Below are positions 39,248-50,951 of a stretch of DNA of 53,007 nucleotides, one piece after another (the stretch's first letter is position 1; each line of letters opens with the position of its first letter). Below the pieces are notes generated by a model, which ran no database searches, was not told the DNA's origin, and saw only the letters and a list, made by a program, of their open reading frames with translations. Made by a program: the position numbers and the translations under genes. The stretch lies in the NCBI GenBank assembly GCA_038214755.1, contig JBBQRQ010000026.1:1-53007 (forward strand), in the 5' to 3' direction. The stretch is from Verrucomicrobiota bacterium (lineage in GTDB: Bacteria > Verrucomicrobiota > Verrucomicrobiia > Limisphaerales > CANJXF01).

Positions 39248-41998
39248 ATGAGACTACCTCTACGAAATCTTTCTATCCTTCCTATCATCACGTCCCTCTT
39301 GTTGGGAGTAGCGCCAAGCTCCATTGCTCAAACCAATTTGAGTCATCGATATTCTTTCAGTGACTCCGCCGGCAGCGCGACCTTTGCCGATTCCGTGGGT
39401 GGCGCGAACGGTAGTCTGGTCGGCACCGCCTCGCTGGATGGGAGCAGCCTTCAACTCGATGGCATTGGCGGTTTCGCCACGCTGCCTGCGGGTATAATCA
39501 CCAATTACCCGGCGGTTTCGGTGGAATTCTGGGCGACCTTCAACGGCAACAACCCGGCTTGGACACGCACCTTCGCCTTTGGCGACCAGAATGGAAGCGT
39601 CCCCTTGACCTCTTTAGACTATACCCACTTCGCAGGAGGAAACTATCAGAACCTCAACCTTACTACCACTAATGCCGGTATCTATGCGAACAATCCCGCC
39701 GGGTTGAATGGACAAACCAATGTTCATGTTACGGTCGTGGTTGATCCGAGTAGTAACAGGATGTTCTATTACAATGGCAGCACCGTGGCCTCAACTTTTA
39801 CCAGTGGCGCCGTTCCGTCGCTCACCGGATTGCATGACACTCTGAACCTCATTGGAAAGTCGCTCTATGACGTGGACCCATTATTGCAAGGATCGATCAA
39901 CGAATTGCGGATCTACCAGGGCGCAGTTTCTCCTTCGACCGTTGCTCTTAACGATGCATCGGGGCCGAACAACTACATCACTAATACCGGCTCTCTCCTC
40001 GCCATTCATTTTACAAGTCCGGCCAACCCCCTGGTGGTCAATCAGAACTCTCAACAACTCTTTACCGGTGACTTCGTCAATGTAACGAACCTGAATCTCA
40101 ACACTTACGGCGGAGCTACCTATACTTCCGGTAACACCAACGTGCTCTCCGTTAATCCCACCAACGGTTTAGTCAAAGCAAACGCCATTGGCACCACCAC
40201 GGTGATTGCAAGCTATGGAGCCTTGAGCGCGACCAACACGTTGACCGTGGTGCTGGTCCCCGCGGTGCTGACTCATCGTTACAGCTTCACGACCGATGCC
40301 AGTGACTCGATCGGTGGCGCGAACGGAACTCTCATGGGCGCGGCCACCATCTCAGCAGGTAAGGCCGTATTGGACGGCTCCGCTGGAACCTACGTGGATT
40401 TGCCAGGAAGTTTGATCAATATAAACACGAACTCCGCCGTGACTATTGAGGCGTGGGTTGATTTCGGAAACACACCCGGCTGGTGCAGATTATTTAATTT
40501 CGGAAATGATGGCGGCTCCAGCGAAATCTATGTGGCGCCGAATGGCCCCGGCAACGGGAGTCAACATCGGATCAGTGAGAACATCGCAGGAGGTCAAACG
40601 ATTGATTGGCGAGGCGCGTGGGCCAACGTCAGCTTGCATGTCACTTTTGTCATTGATCCTCTCACATCAACGTTGGCTGTTTATCGCGATGGAGTCCTGG
40701 AGTACGCTCGCTACGATGCCAGTGCTCCTTTATCGCTGGTCTCTACCAACCTCGCCGTGATTGGCCGCTCGCTGGTGGGAGCCGATCCCTATATGCCGGG
40801 TTCGATTGATGAGTTTCGTATCTACAACGGCGCCCTCACTCCACAGGAGATTGCTACGACGCATAAGAACGGACCGAACTCGATCAGCCGTGACCCGGGC
40901 GCGCTGGCGTCAATCCGAGTTCCAACGAATACGTATCCGGCCTTCTCAGGAGTTGTGCCGCCGGTGGTTTTAGGAATCTACGCCAACCTCACCAACTTCA
41001 ACTTTCAACCCAACAACAGCGCGGTCATCAGTGGATTGGTCGTTACATCAAGTGATACGAATATTGTGAACGTTCGCGCGAACAACATGCTCCAAACTTT
41101 TCGCCCCGGCACGGTGACATTGACCGCCACCTATCTGGGCAGATCGGACAGCGCGACGATAAAAGTCGAGAACCTCGGCGCACTTACTCATCGCTATAGT
41201 TTCACCAGTGATGCCAGCGATTCTGTTGGAGGTTCCAATGGCACGCTTCTGGGCGGAGCGACCGTTTCGGGCGGCACCCTCGTCCTGCCCGGCACCGATG
41301 GGAGCTATCTTGATTTGCCACCAGCCTTGCTTGAGGGATACGACTCGGTGACGGTGGACACCTGGGTTACTTTCAACGCTGCCGCCACCTGGGCGCGCTT
41401 ATGGTATTTCGGGGACGACCGGGCCAATGAACTTTACTTGTCGCCGGCGTTCGGCACGGTGAACCACACTTTTCGAACTGGCTTCCCGATCAACGGGGCC
41501 AACCGCGACAACGCTCCGATTTGGCAGAACCAGACGCTTCATATTACCTGTGCCTATGGCAATGGGTTTATCGGCGTGTACACCAATGGCGTGATCCACA
41601 GTTCAAGTAGTTCTACCCAAGGGCGTCTGAGTCAGGTGGGTAGTTCGTTTAGCTGGATTGGTCGTTCTCCTTTTGCCGATCCTTTCATGAACTGCTCGGT
41701 GGATGAGTTTCGTCTCTACAAAGGCCGGCTGGCTCCCGATGAAATTCTCGCCTCGGATGTTTTGGGGACGGGACAATTGTTGAACACCAATTCGCCGATA
41801 GTTAAAGTTTCTTCTGCTCCCGGAAATGTGTTGTTGAGTTGGCCAGTCGCTTCGGCTGGGTTCTCCGTGCAAACCAAGTCCAACCTGGGTAGTGGAAGCT
41901 GGCTTACCTTGACCAATGCGCCCACCTTGGTGAGCACCAATTGGCAATTGAGCGTGGCAACTTCGACCAATGCGCAGTTCTTTCGTTTGTGGAGGTGA
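39248..41998 (+). CDS. Secreted protein with 3 LamG-like and 2 Big_2 domains
   Basis: Three LTHRYSF..DS.GG.NG...GSIDEFRIY units; C-terminal LSWP...QFFRL. Confidence 0.85.
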   Translation: MRLPLRNLSILPIITSLLLGVAPSSIAQTNLSHRYSFSDSAGSATFADSVGGANGSLVGTASLDGSSLQLDGIGGFATLPAGIITNYPAVSVEFWATFNGNNPAWTRTFAFGDQNGSVPLTSLDYTHFAGGNYQNLNLTTTNAGIYANNPAGLNGQTNVHVTVVVDPSSNRMFYYNGSTVASTFTSGAVPSLTGLHDTLNLIGKSLYDVDPLLQGSINELRIYQGAVSPSTVALNDASGPNNYITNTGSLLAIHFTSPANPLVVNQNSQQLFTGDFVNVTNLNLNTYGGATYTSGNTNVLSVNPTNGLVKANAIGTTTVIASYGALSATNTLTVVLVPAVLTHRYSFTTDASDSIGGANGTLMGAATISAGKAVLDGSAGTYVDLPGSLININTNSAVTIEAWVDFGNTPGWCRLFNFGNDGGSSEIYVAPNGPGNGSQHRISENIAGGQTIDWRGAWANVSLHVTFVIDPLTSTLAVYRDGVLEYARYDASAPLSLVSTNLAVIGRSLVGADPYMPGSIDEFRIYNGALTPQEIATTHKNGPNSISRDPGALASIRVPTNTYPAFSGVVPPVVLGIYANLTNFNFQPNNSAVISGLVVTSSDTNIVNVRANNMLQTFRPGTVTLTATYLGRSDSATIKVENLGALTHRYSFTSDASDSVGGSNGTLLGGATVSGGTLVLPGTDGSYLDLPPALLEGYDSVTVDTWVTFNAAATWARLWYFGDDRANELYLSPAFGTVNHTFRTGFPINGANRDNAPIWQNQTLHITCAYGNGFIGVYTNGVIHSSSSSTQGRLSQVGSSFSWIGRSPFADPFMNCSVDEFRLYKGRLAPDEILASDVLGTGQLLNTNSPIVKVSSAPGNVLLSWPVASAGFSVQTKSNLGSGSWLTLTNAPTLVSTNWQLSVATSTNAQFFRLWR

Positions 41999-42063
41999 TT
42001 GGCTGGAATCTTTCGCGCTTAACTGCGTTAAAAGACCTTCTCCAGCGGAGGATTGAATTGAAG

Positions 42064-42822
42064 ATGAAAAGTCCTGACTCCACGCAATCCTGCCTAGTCC
42101 CACGAGTTCGTCAGTTTGTAGAGGCAAGAGCATTCACCTTAATCGAGTTATTGGTAGTCATTGCTATTATCGCTATCCTCGCTTCTCTTCTATTACCCGC
42201 TCTGGCGAAGTCGAAGGAGCAGGCCAAACGAACTCAGTGCAAAAGCAACATGCACCAACTGGGCCTCGCCACCTTCATGTATGCAAGCGACAACCGCGAT
42301 AAGTTGCCGGACTTGCAGAACTACGGAGTATGGTTTTGGGATATGTGGCGTCCTGCCGCCAGCAACCTGTTGGAAAACGTCAAACGCACCGATATTTTTT
42401 ATTGCCCCAACGAATACTACCTCTACAAAGACAACGGACCGCCCGATGCATGGAACGCTTTCCCGACTTATGTCGTGACGGGTTACATCTGGCTCTTTCC
42501 CAATGCACCGGGCATTAATCAAAGCCCCACGTTAAGCGGAACGAATATGGTGACAAGGATTACGCAAGGCAGAGGAGGACTATCGGTGGCAGAAACCGAA
42601 ATGATTGTCGATGCGACCATCTCCCTCCTTGGGGCAACGGGCGCGCGGCGTTACACCGGCATTTCTGGAGCAGGCGGGACCACGGTCAAGACCGCTCATT
42701 TGCAAGGCGAAACTCCCGCCGGTGGCAACGTCTGCTTTTTGGATAATCACGTTCAATGGAGAAAGTATTCGGTCATGACCAATAAAATCGCGCCACGCGG
42801 CCTTCCCCAGTTCGAGTTCTGA
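42064..42822 (+). CDS. Prepilin-type N-terminal cleavage/methylation protein
   Basis: [30 protein letters not shown]...[11 protein letters not shown]. Confidence 0.9.
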   Translation: MKSPDSTQSCLVPRVRQFVEARAFTLIELLVVIAIIAILASLLLPALAKSKEQAKRTQCKSNMHQLGLATFMYASDNRDKLPDLQNYGVWFWDMWRPAASNLLENVKRTDIFYCPNEYYLYKDNGPPDAWNAFPTYVVTGYIWLFPNAPGINQSPTLSGTNMVTRITQGRGGLSVAETEMIVDATISLLGATGARRYTGISGAGGTTVKTAHLQGETPAGGNVCFLDNHVQWRKYSVMTNKIAPRGLPQFEF

Positions 42823-42945
42823 AAATTACTCTGCGGAGAGTTAGTGCGAATCAGGCCTGCCAGGTCTTGATGTTTTCCTCTTGAGCGGTAACCATGTGGA
42901 ACCGGCAAGCCAACGGCGCGTTGGTTCATTCCCAGTCTCTCAGCC

Positions 42946-45435
42946 ATGAAAAGAAAATTGAGGACCCATCGCAAAAATAAGTCATCGCGCGTGTCTTCGG
43001 CTGCTTCTCCGTTGGCGCTACCGCCGTGGAAGCTTTGGGTATTCCGTTTTGTCCTGGCCGTTATTTTACCAGCCGTTCTGCTGCTCGCCTTGGAACTATC
43101 CCTGCGAATTTTCAGCTTCGGACATCCTACAAAATTTTTGCTTCCATTCCGAAAGGACGGCAAGAACTACCTTGCCCAAAACAACCAGTTTGGCTGGCGC
43201 TTCTTTGGAAAACAGATGGCGCGCACCCCTCATCCCATTTTCATTCCGCAGCATAAACTTCCAGGCGCCATTCGCATTTTTGTCTTCGGTGAGTCCGCTG
43301 CGTTCGGTGATCCGCAACCTGGTTTTGGGTTGCCGCGCATGTTGCAGGCGATGTTGGAACAGCGCCATCCCGAAAACAAATTCGAAGTGGTCAACGCCGC
43401 CATGACCGGAATTAATTCTCACGTCATCCTGCCCATCGCTCGAGATTGCGCCGCGGCCGAGGGTGACATCTGGGTCATCTACATGGGTAACAACGAAGTA
43501 ATCGGACCCTTCGGCGCAGGCACGGTCTTTGGCCGGCAAACCCTCCCGTTGCCACTCATCCGCGCGAGCCTTGCGCTCCAAGCTTCGCGTGTCGGTCAAC
43601 TACTCGAGTCGGCGCTTCGTAGAGATAGCGGGCAAGAATGGGGCGGGATGGTCATGTTCATGAATCAGCAGGTTCGCCTGAATGACTCACGCCTGTCAGC
43701 GGTTTATAGAAATTTCAAAGATAACCTCGATGCTATTATTAAGACTGGACGGAGAAGCGGCGCGGGAGTGGTTGTAAGTACCGTAGCAGTGAACCTCAAA
43801 GACTCCCCTCCGTTTGCTTCAGCGCACCGGGCGGGTTTACTGGCCACAGAGGCGACTAACTGGACCAGGTTCCGGGAGGAAGGGATGAAGGCTCGCAGTA
43901 ACGGTGATACTTCGACGGCTGCGCAATCGTTCAGTAATGCGGCCCGTATCGATGATCAATTCGCTGAGTTGCGCTTTGTGATGGGAGGTGCGGCAATAGC
44001 GGTTAATGATTTGGAACGAGCGCAGCGCGAATACCATGCCGCCCGCGACCTCGACATACTTCGATTCCGTTGCGACACCAGGCTCAACGAACTAATTCGT
44101 CTGATTGCAAAGAACCACGACAAGGAGCGCGTGCTGCTCGCTGACGTCGAACAAAATCTCGCGGATGAGTGTGTCGATCATCTTCCCGGCGAAGAATTTT
44201 TTTACGACCATGTCCACCTTACTTTCGAAGGGAATTATCGTTTGGCTAAAGCTATTACCCCACAAGTAGAGCTGCTCCTGGAGTCAAGGTTTCCACGCGC
44301 CCTTTCATCCGACCTACCCTGGCCATCGTTATCAGATTGTGCGGAGCGACTCGGTTGGTCTCCGCTTGCTCAACGAATTGCCTGGACCGAAATGCTTCCT
44401 CGGTTGACTGATCCGCCTTTCGTCAATCAACTGGACCATGCCGCACATTTAAGCCGAGTAGGAAGCAAAATTGCAGAACTAACTTCGGCGACGACGCCCG
44501 CGGGTATTGCAATGGCATTGACACTGAACGAGGCTGCCTTGTCCAAGCATCCCGAAGACGAAGACCTATGCGTGCAAACATCTCAGTTGGCCGAAGCAAC
44601 AGGACAAACCGATAACGCGGTGACCCTGGCCCAACGCGCTGTAAAATTGTCGCCTACCAGCATAGAAGCATGGGGAAGGCTGGGAACTGCACTGGAGAAA
44701 CAATTGCGTTTTAAAGACGCAGCCTCGGCCTATCGCCACATACTAACCTTGGACTCGGAGGCTTACTATGCCTTGAACAATCTAGGACGAGTAGAAGCAT
44801 CGCTTGGTCGATCGGGAGAAGCGATCGTTGCGTATCGTCGCGCGTTGAAGCTCAAACCTCGCTTTGGTCCTGCATGGCTAAGTCTCGGTGAACTACTCGA
44901 AGCTTCCGGTAAAAAGGCCGAAGCGGAGGACTGCTATCGTAAGGCACTGGCGAATCGAATACGTAACGCCGCTGAGCTAAATCGCCTCGCTACTTTTTGC
45001 CACGACCGCGGTTGGTTCGAAGCTGCTGCGACTAATCGCGCGGAAGCCATTACTTTAAACCCGACTGATGTATCCGCTTGTCTCCATGCGGGGCAGGACT
45101 TCGCCACGGCCGGATTGCGCGCGAACGCAAAAAAATATTTCGCAGAGAGTGTTCGCCTCGATCCTGAATCCGCCCCTGCACGATTTCTCCTTGGCCGCGA
45201 ATTCGGAATCGAAGGAAACGCCGTCGCTGCCGAAGAACAATTTCGAGCCGCCAGTCGATTAATGCCAACACTATCTGAAGCTCGGGTCAATCTTGCCATT
45301 ACCCTTGTGAACCAAGGTCGCGTCGCGGATGCTATCGCCGAGTACGAAGCTGTGCTCAAACAATGGCCCACCAATCAAATGGCACGCCGCAACCTTGAGC
45401 GTCTCCGTTCATCGACTGGTGACATCAGACCTTGA
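42946..45435 (+). CDS. Membrane SGNH-like plus TPR protein
   Basis: RIFVFGESAAFG, YMGNNE, FYDHVHLT, C-terminal TPRs. Confidence 0.85.
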   Translation: MKRKLRTHRKNKSSRVSSAASPLALPPWKLWVFRFVLAVILPAVLLLALELSLRIFSFGHPTKFLLPFRKDGKNYLAQNNQFGWRFFGKQMARTPHPIFIPQHKLPGAIRIFVFGESAAFGDPQPGFGLPRMLQAMLEQRHPENKFEVVNAAMTGINSHVILPIARDCAAAEGDIWVIYMGNNEVIGPFGAGTVFGRQTLPLPLIRASLALQASRVGQLLESALRRDSGQEWGGMVMFMNQQVRLNDSRLSAVYRNFKDNLDAIIKTGRRSGAGVVVSTVAVNLKDSPPFASAHRAGLLATEATNWTRFREEGMKARSNGDTSTAAQSFSNAARIDDQFAELRFVMGGAAIAVNDLERAQREYHAARDLDILRFRCDTRLNELIRLIAKNHDKERVLLADVEQNLADECVDHLPGEEFFYDHVHLTFEGNYRLAKAITPQVELLLESRFPRALSSDLPWPSLSDCAERLGWSPLAQRIAWTEMLPRLTDPPFVNQLDHAAHLSRVGSKIAELTSATTPAGIAMALTLNEAALSKHPEDEDLCVQTSQLAEATGQTDNAVTLAQRAVKLSPTSIEAWGRLGTALEKQLRFKDAASAYRHILTLDSEAYYALNNLGRVEASLGRSGEAIVAYRRALKLKPRFGPAWLSLGELLEASGKKAEAEDCYRKALANRIRNAAELNRLATFCHDRGWFEAAATNRAEAITLNPTDVSACLHAGQDFATAGLRANAKKYFAESVRLDPESAPARFLLGREFGIEGNAVAAEEQFRAASRLMPTLSEARVNLAITLVNQGRVADAIAEYEAVLKQWPTNQMARRNLERLRSSTGDIRP

Positions 45436-45454
45436 GAATGCTAGACTATGAGCA

Positions 45455-45586
45455 TGTTTGAAAAGTGGTGCAGGCATCCTGCCTGTTCTTACGGGCTTCC
45501 AGCCCGCGAACGCAAACTAGGGCAAGATGCCCGGATTGGCAGGCTGGAAGCCTGCCCCACTATGGTGTTCAGCGAATTTTCAAACA
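45455..45586. repeat. MITE/REP-like palindrome
   Basis: Outer tgtttgaaaa/ttttcaaaca; inner agtggtgcaggc / gcctgccccact; related half-element at 37946-37994. Confidence 0.65.
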
Positions 45587-45601
45587 GCTGTTAAGGTATC
45601 C

Positions 45602-48600
45602 ATGATGTATGTCCGTTTTTTTCTTATCGTCACGAGCGTGACATTGTCTGGCCTGAATATTCTGGCGCAATCCCCTGCCCCGCCCTTGCGCGGATACGTG
45701 GCCGCGCATGATCCTTCTACGTTAATTCAGTGCAAGGATCGCTATTACGTCTTTTCCACGGGACAAGGAATTCTGTCAAAGTCCTCCTCAGACAAAGTGC
45801 TGTGGTCGCCCGGCCCATCCGTGTTTGCTACTCCGCCTGCCTGGACCATAAATGCGGTGCCCGGATTTGTCGGCCTCTTCTGGGCGCCAGACATTCTCTA
45901 CTTCAACAACCGGTATTATCTTTACTACGCCGTCTCTACCTTTGGCAGCCAGGTCTCTGCCATAGGTTTGGTGACCAATCCCACCCTCGATCCGAACGAC
46001 CCTTCCTACCTATGGACAGATCAAGGACCGGTTATCCAGTCCACCAACGGTTCGGCCTACAATACGATTGATCCCAGCTTCACGCGCGATTCCACTGGCA
46101 GTCTCTGGATGGCATTCGGTTCCTACTGGAATGGAATTTACCTTGTGCAACTCAACACGGTGACGGGTTTGCGTCTATCGGCCAATTCGCCAACCTATCA
46201 GCTTGCTTATAATGGTTCCATCGAAGCTTCGTATATTTACCGGCGCGGCAGCTACTATTACCTATTCGTTAATTGGGGATCATGTTGCTCGGGAGTCAAT
46301 AGCACCTACAACATTCGCGTTGGTCGCAGCTCAAACATCACCGGCCCCTACCTTGATCGCAATGGAGTAAATATGCTGAGTGGTGGCGGCACGTTGTTTC
46401 GGCAAGGAACGGGCAAGTTTACCGGCCCCGGCCACGTAGGAATTCTAGCAGAAGGAGGAAGACAATGGTTCAGTTATCATTACTACGATGCCAATGCCTG
46501 GTCTCCGCAGTATCAAGCGTATGGCGTGGCTGACTTCTCATTAGTGCCTCTGTCCTGGACCGCGGACGATTGGCCCTCTATCACCAATGATTGGTCCGCA
46601 GTTTACAAATTTCAGGCTGACGCTCGTGATGAGGGAGGTCAATACTATGGTCTGCTGGAGAATGGCAGCACGATTCAAAATGATTCTGTCCACGGCCATG
46701 TGCTTGACTTGAGCGGAACGAATCAGGATGTCTGGCTTCCTCCTGGAGTTGGATACGGCCAAACTTTCGCTGCTGTAGTCAAATGGCGAGGCGGCGGCGC
46801 GTGGCAACGCATTTTTGACTTCGGGTATGATACCACCCGAACTCTCATGCTGACTCCCGCGTCCGGCGATAATATTTTGCGTTGCGATATCAACCCGGGT
46901 GGCAACCTTCAGACCGTTCAATGGAACCAACCTCTGCCCACGAACGTATGGACCCATGTTGCTGTAACCTTCGATGGCACGCGCGGAATTCTTTACGTCA
47001 ACGGTTCGCCCGTGGCCACCAACTCCAGCATGAACCTGTTGCCACTCGATATAGCTCCGCAAACGAATTACCTTGGTCGCAGTAAATTTTCCGCTGACCC
47101 TTACTTCAACGGGCAGTATGCCAGCTTCCGCGTTTATGGCCGCGCTCTCTCGCGAGCAGAGATCGTCGCTCCATTGCCCACGATATCGCAACCTGTGGAC
47201 GGCTCATCATGGTGGCCGGGCAGCACGATCCTCTTTGCGGGTGACGCCACAGACTTCACTGATGTGCCGTTGGCTTCGAGCAACTTGAGCTGGCAAATAA
47301 AATATTCTCAAGATGGTGTGACCAATGTGGTGTTCGGTCCTGTCTCCAATTTAACCAGCGGAACTTTTACCGTTCCGACTAATGTCAGCAGTGGCAACTA
47401 TATCCTTTCTCTAACCGCAACGGATACTTTTAATCGGCAAAGCACCAGTTACGTTACTTTGTGGGCTGCTAATCCTTCGTCGGGTTGGTCTTCCTATTAC
47501 CCTTTGCGCAACAACGCAGCGGACGCCAACGGTCACTATGATGGAATGCTAAATGGAGGCGCATCCTTCGTGAGCGATCCTCTTCGAGGAAACGTTCTGA
47601 ACCTGTCCGGTGCGAATCAATATATGAGATTTCCCAGTGGCGTTTCCGGCATGCAAACCTTTATGGCCTGGGTCAAATGGAACGGCGGCGGCGCATGGCA
47701 ACGTATCTTTGATTTTGGCAACGACACCAATCGCTACACCATCCTTACTCCTTCGGCCGGGAATGGCAGGTTCCGCTTTAACATCAGCCTTAATAGTATG
47801 GCCGGCGAACAAACGGTGGACGCGCCAGGCTCTCTTCCCGTAGGCGTTTGGACCCATGTCGCCGTCGTCATGGATGGAACCGCCGTCACGCTCTACACCA
47901 ATGGAGTGGCGGTAGCTTCCAATCTCTTTGCAAACCTGGTTCCCTCAGACCTGAACCCCACTAATTGCTACCTCGGTAAGAGCCAGTGGCCGGCCGATCC
48001 CTACTTCAATGGTCGTCTAAGCTCGGTTCGCATTTTTTCGCGGGCATTAGGTTCAAATGAAATTCTGGCGCCGCAGGTCAACCTGTCCCAACCTTCTCAG
48101 GGCGCGGTCTATCAACCCGGCGAAACTATTAACTTTTCCGGCGGAGCAAATGATTTTTCCGACACGCCACTCGCCGGCACCGGCTTGTCCTGGACAGTCA
48201 GTTTCATTTACGCAGGCATCACCAATGCCATCCTCGGCCCCCTGAATGGCGTGACTAACGGAACCTTCACTATTCCAGTCAGCGGCTCCTCTTCAACCAA
48301 CGGTTTTTATCAAATCGTTCTTGCGGCCATCGACATCGCGGGACGCGCCTCTACCAATTCCGTTAATATATTTCCTTCATCTCTTCCAAAAAATTGGGCG
48401 TCCTTCTATCCATTTACCGGCGGTGCACAGGATGCCAGCAACCAGTATAACGGCCTGCTTCTCGGAGGCGCTTCGATCCAAACCGATCAGTCCCGTGGCA
48501 ACGTGCTGAACCTTTCCGGCAGCGGTCAATATGTCAGCCTTCCCGCCGGGGTCGGTTATGCCCAGACTATCTCCGGTTTCGTAAAATGGCGTGGAGGAAA

Positions 48601-49201
48601 TGCGTGGCAACGCATCTTCGACTTTGGCCGTGACACTCAACACTGGCTTTTCCTTACTCCAAAGGATTCTTCCGGCTTGACCCAGTTTGCCATTACGACG
48701 GACGCAACAACCTACAACCAAATCATTGAGTCGCCTCTACCCTTCCCTTTAAACCAATGGGTCCACGTTGCTGTGGTGATGAATGGTCGGATAGGCATTC
48801 TCTATCTCAATGGGCAGGCCATTGCGGTCAACAATAGTCTTAACCTTCTACCGTCCGATGTGGCAGCGACCCGATGTTTTCTTGGCAAGAGCCAATTCTC
48901 TTCCGACCCGTACTTCAGCGGTCAAATGGACTCTATCTCATTGAATTCCTCCTCTCTTTCTGCGGAGGAAGTAATTCAAGGTTTCCTGCATCCTACCCTT
49001 GATGAAGCCATCCGTTCCAATCAAGTAACTGTATCATGGCCGAACTGGGCGAGCCTTATGCAGCTTTATCACACGACCGATTTGTCCTCGCCCGCGGTTT
49101 GGACTCCAGTCACAAACCAGCGGGTTAATTCCAATGCCGTCTTCAGTATGACTGCGCCACTGACCAATAGCTCTCGCTTCTATCGTTTGCAGTGGCCATA
49201 G
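45602..49201 (+). CDS. GH43 endo-arabinanase-like protein with 3 LamG domains
   Basis: AHDPS, WAPDI, NTIDP, FGSYWNGI, IEAS, GPGH; repeated GGAWQRIFDFG. Confidence 0.9.
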   Translation: MMYVRFFLIVTSVTLSGLNILAQSPAPPLRGYVAAHDPSTLIQCKDRYYVFSTGQGILSKSSSDKVLWSPGPSVFATPPAWTINAVPGFVGLFWAPDILYFNNRYYLYYAVSTFGSQVSAIGLVTNPTLDPNDPSYLWTDQGPVIQSTNGSAYNTIDPSFTRDSTGSLWMAFGSYWNGIYLVQLNTVTGLRLSANSPTYQLAYNGSIEASYIYRRGSYYYLFVNWGSCCSGVNSTYNIRVGRSSNITGPYLDRNGVNMLSGGGTLFRQGTGKFTGPGHVGILAEGGRQWFSYHYYDANAWSPQYQAYGVADFSLVPLSWTADDWPSITNDWSAVYKFQADARDEGGQYYGLLENGSTIQNDSVHGHVLDLSGTNQDVWLPPGVGYGQTFAAVVKWRGGGAWQRIFDFGYDTTRTLMLTPASGDNILRCDINPGGNLQTVQWNQPLPTNVWTHVAVTFDGTRGILYVNGSPVATNSSMNLLPLDIAPQTNYLGRSKFSADPYFNGQYASFRVYGRALSRAEIVAPLPTISQPVDGSSWWPGSTILFAGDATDFTDVPLASSNLSWQIKYSQDGVTNVVFGPVSNLTSGTFTVPTNVSSGNYILSLTATDTFNRQSTSYVTLWAANPSSGWSSYYPLRNNAADANGHYDGMLNGGASFVSDPLRGNVLNLSGANQYMRFPSGVSGMQTFMAWVKWNGGGAWQRIFDFGNDTNRYTILTPSAGNGRFRFNISLNSMAGEQTVDAPGSLPVGVWTHVAVVMDGTAVTLYTNGVAVASNLFANLVPSDLNPTNCYLGKSQWPADPYFNGRLSSVRIFSRALGSNEILAPQVNLSQPSQGAVYQPGETINFSGGANDFSDTPLAGTGLSWTVSFIYAGITNAILGPLNGVTNGTFTIPVSGSSSTNGFYQIVLAAIDIAGRASTNSVNIFPSSLPKNWASFYPFTGGAQDASNQYNGLLLGGASIQTDQSRGNVLNLSGSGQYVSLPAGVGYAQTISGFVKWRGGNAWQRIFDFGRDTQHWLFLTPKDSSGLTQFAITTDATTYNQIIESPLPFPLNQWVHVAVVMNGRIGILYLNGQAIAVNNSLNLLPSDVAATRCFLGKSQFSSDPYFSGQMDSISLNSSSLSAEEVIQGFLHPTLDEAIRSNQVTVSWPNWASLMQLYHTTDLSSPAVWTPVTNQRVNSNAVFSMTAPLTNSSRFYRLQWP

Positions 49202-49227
49202 GCGCTGAGTGCTCCGGTGAATGTGCC

Positions 49228-49343
49228 CGTAGCCGACGACGTGAGGAGGCGGACGCGGTCCACCACGCGAATTTCCGCTCTCACGTCAGCGGCTACGGGT
49301 TCAGCGGTGCAATGCGTGAAAAGATTTTCGGGGAAATTTCTCT
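49228..49343. repeat. REP-like palindrome, relative of 6049-6163
   Basis: cgtagccgacgacgtgaggaggcgga ... tccgctctcacgtcagcggctacg plus shared tail. Confidence 0.75.
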
Positions 49344-49462
49344 TGGGTCAGTCATCAAGCTATGGTCCGGCGCAGCTTCACAAGTATTCCAATCCACCTA
49401 CTCTTTGTTGTGTCATTTTATAGCGAATAGCCAAAATAAATTTCACAAAGTTGTCAGTCTCA

Positions 49463-49536
49463 GAACGGAGCGCAGAGCATTGCTCGGCGCGTTGCTCCAT
49501 CTATCTTCGAGCGGAGCAATGCTCCGCGCTCCGTTC
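49463..49536. repeat. REP-like palindrome
   Basis: gaacggagcgcagagcattgctc / gagcaatgctccgcgctccgttc. Confidence 0.8.
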
Positions 49537-49603
49537 GATTCGGAAATTTATTTTGAGAACCGCTCTAGTTGTCGTGGGGTCTTCCTTTCTCGCGATCACG
49601 TCA

Positions 49604-50833
49604 TCACAATTGGTTTGACGGTGTAATGGGTTGAGAGGGCGTTTCGTTTTCCAGGTGGACGGGCTTTTTGGAGCGAATGCTTTTCCAAACAGAATGGAAG
49701 TTGATCGTTTCATATTCATGACGGGTGACCACGTGGAACCCGGCCTTTTGAATCTCCTTGGCTATCTCCGGCATGTGAGCGACGCCCCACGGCACGATGA
49801 TGATTTCCGATTCGGGAAGTTGGACCTTCAGCACTTCGAGAAGGTGGTGATTGCGCTTGGTCAGAAGGTCGTCCTCCAACTGTTCATTGAGATTGGCGGG
49901 CGGCGTATAACTGAGCAACCTGAGGATAGCCTCATGGGACAACCCTTTCGCATGAACAAACATGACCAGGTTCAACAACTCAATCGTATCCTTGGAGAAC
50001 TGTTGTAGGTCGATATCAGCCCAGACCATCCTGCCGCGCGTTGGATTAAACTTGTCTCCTTGTTCAGAAACACCGAGAGACTTTGCCATTCGTTTATAAC
50101 TAATCTCATTGGTCAGGAGATGTTTCTCGTCAGTGACTCCCTCCATCAGAATGATCGAGTTGCTTGGAAACGATTTGGAGATCTGTTGATAGAATGCAGC
50201 CTCCGCGATATGCGACATGGGAATTAGTTGAATTTTTTTCCCGTCGTTGCGAGCATAGGTCCGCACCTCCACGGTCAAACCGCCTGGATGCAGCGCAAGG
50301 AAACTTTCGCTGAAATGATCCACGGCCAGGGCGGCGCAAAAAACGAAATATAAAAGCACCGCTGGCAGCAGCACGAAAACATTGGCGATGACAAATACGC
50401 CAAGGCGACGCCAATTGAACAACCGATCCCCCAGTTGCTCCCTGGTCACCAGCGGCCATCGCAACTTATCTCCGCGTAACAAGCAGTGCAGAATAAAAAG
50501 GCCCAGGGCGAGTTGCAAAAAGGAGAGCGCCCAATCCATCTCGACCATGAGCTTGAAGTGATAAATGAGAAATGGAATCGTAGCGCAAATCCCTAGAAGA
50601 AAGAAAAGCGGAATGGGTAAAAAGAAACGTTTGGGAACCATCGGACTAACTCCAATCAAGAGATAAGTAGCAGCGGCCATGACTCCCATCGGGAAAAAAA
50701 TAATCCCGTTGATCGCGGTCAGGATGTGGTTGCCAAAAAAGAGAACCAACGTGTCATCAAGGAGAGAAACGATTGCGCTGATGATAAAGAGGGCCAGGGA
50801 CAAGCTCAGAAAAATAGCGAGAAACTTTTTCAT
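49604..50833 (-). CDS. Multi-TM protein with TraB/GumN-like C-terminal domain
   Basis: 5 TM helices; MSHIA, MEGV, RN, PWGVAHM. Confidence 0.7.
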   Translation of the reverse strand: MKKFLAIFLSLSLALFIISAIVSLLDDTLVLFFGNHILTAINGIIFFPMGVMAAATYLLIGVSPMVPKRFFLPIPLFFLLGICATIPFLIYHFKLMVEMDWALSFLQLALGLFILHCLLRGDKLRWPLVTREQLGDRLFNWRRLGVFVIANVFVLLPAVLLYFVFCAALAVDHFSESFLALHPGGLTVEVRTYARNDGKKIQLIPMSHIAEAAFYQQISKSFPSNSIILMEGVTDEKHLLTNEISYKRMAKSLGVSEQGDKFNPTRGRMVWADIDLQQFSKDTIELLNLVMFVHAKGLSHEAILRLLSYTPPANLNEQLEDDLLTKRNHHLLEVLKVQLPESEIIIVPWGVAHMPEIAKEIQKAGFHVVTRHEYETINFHSVWKSIRSKKPVHLENETPSQPITPSNQL

Positions 50834-50951
50834 GGAACGGTAAAGGAGGAACCTTGTTTCATTATGTCCATTGAAACAAGAATAAGACCGTTCCGCAAGA
50901 AATCCCTCTACCTCACCGCGGTTCAGCGCTGGCACTCGTATCAGCCCTTTA

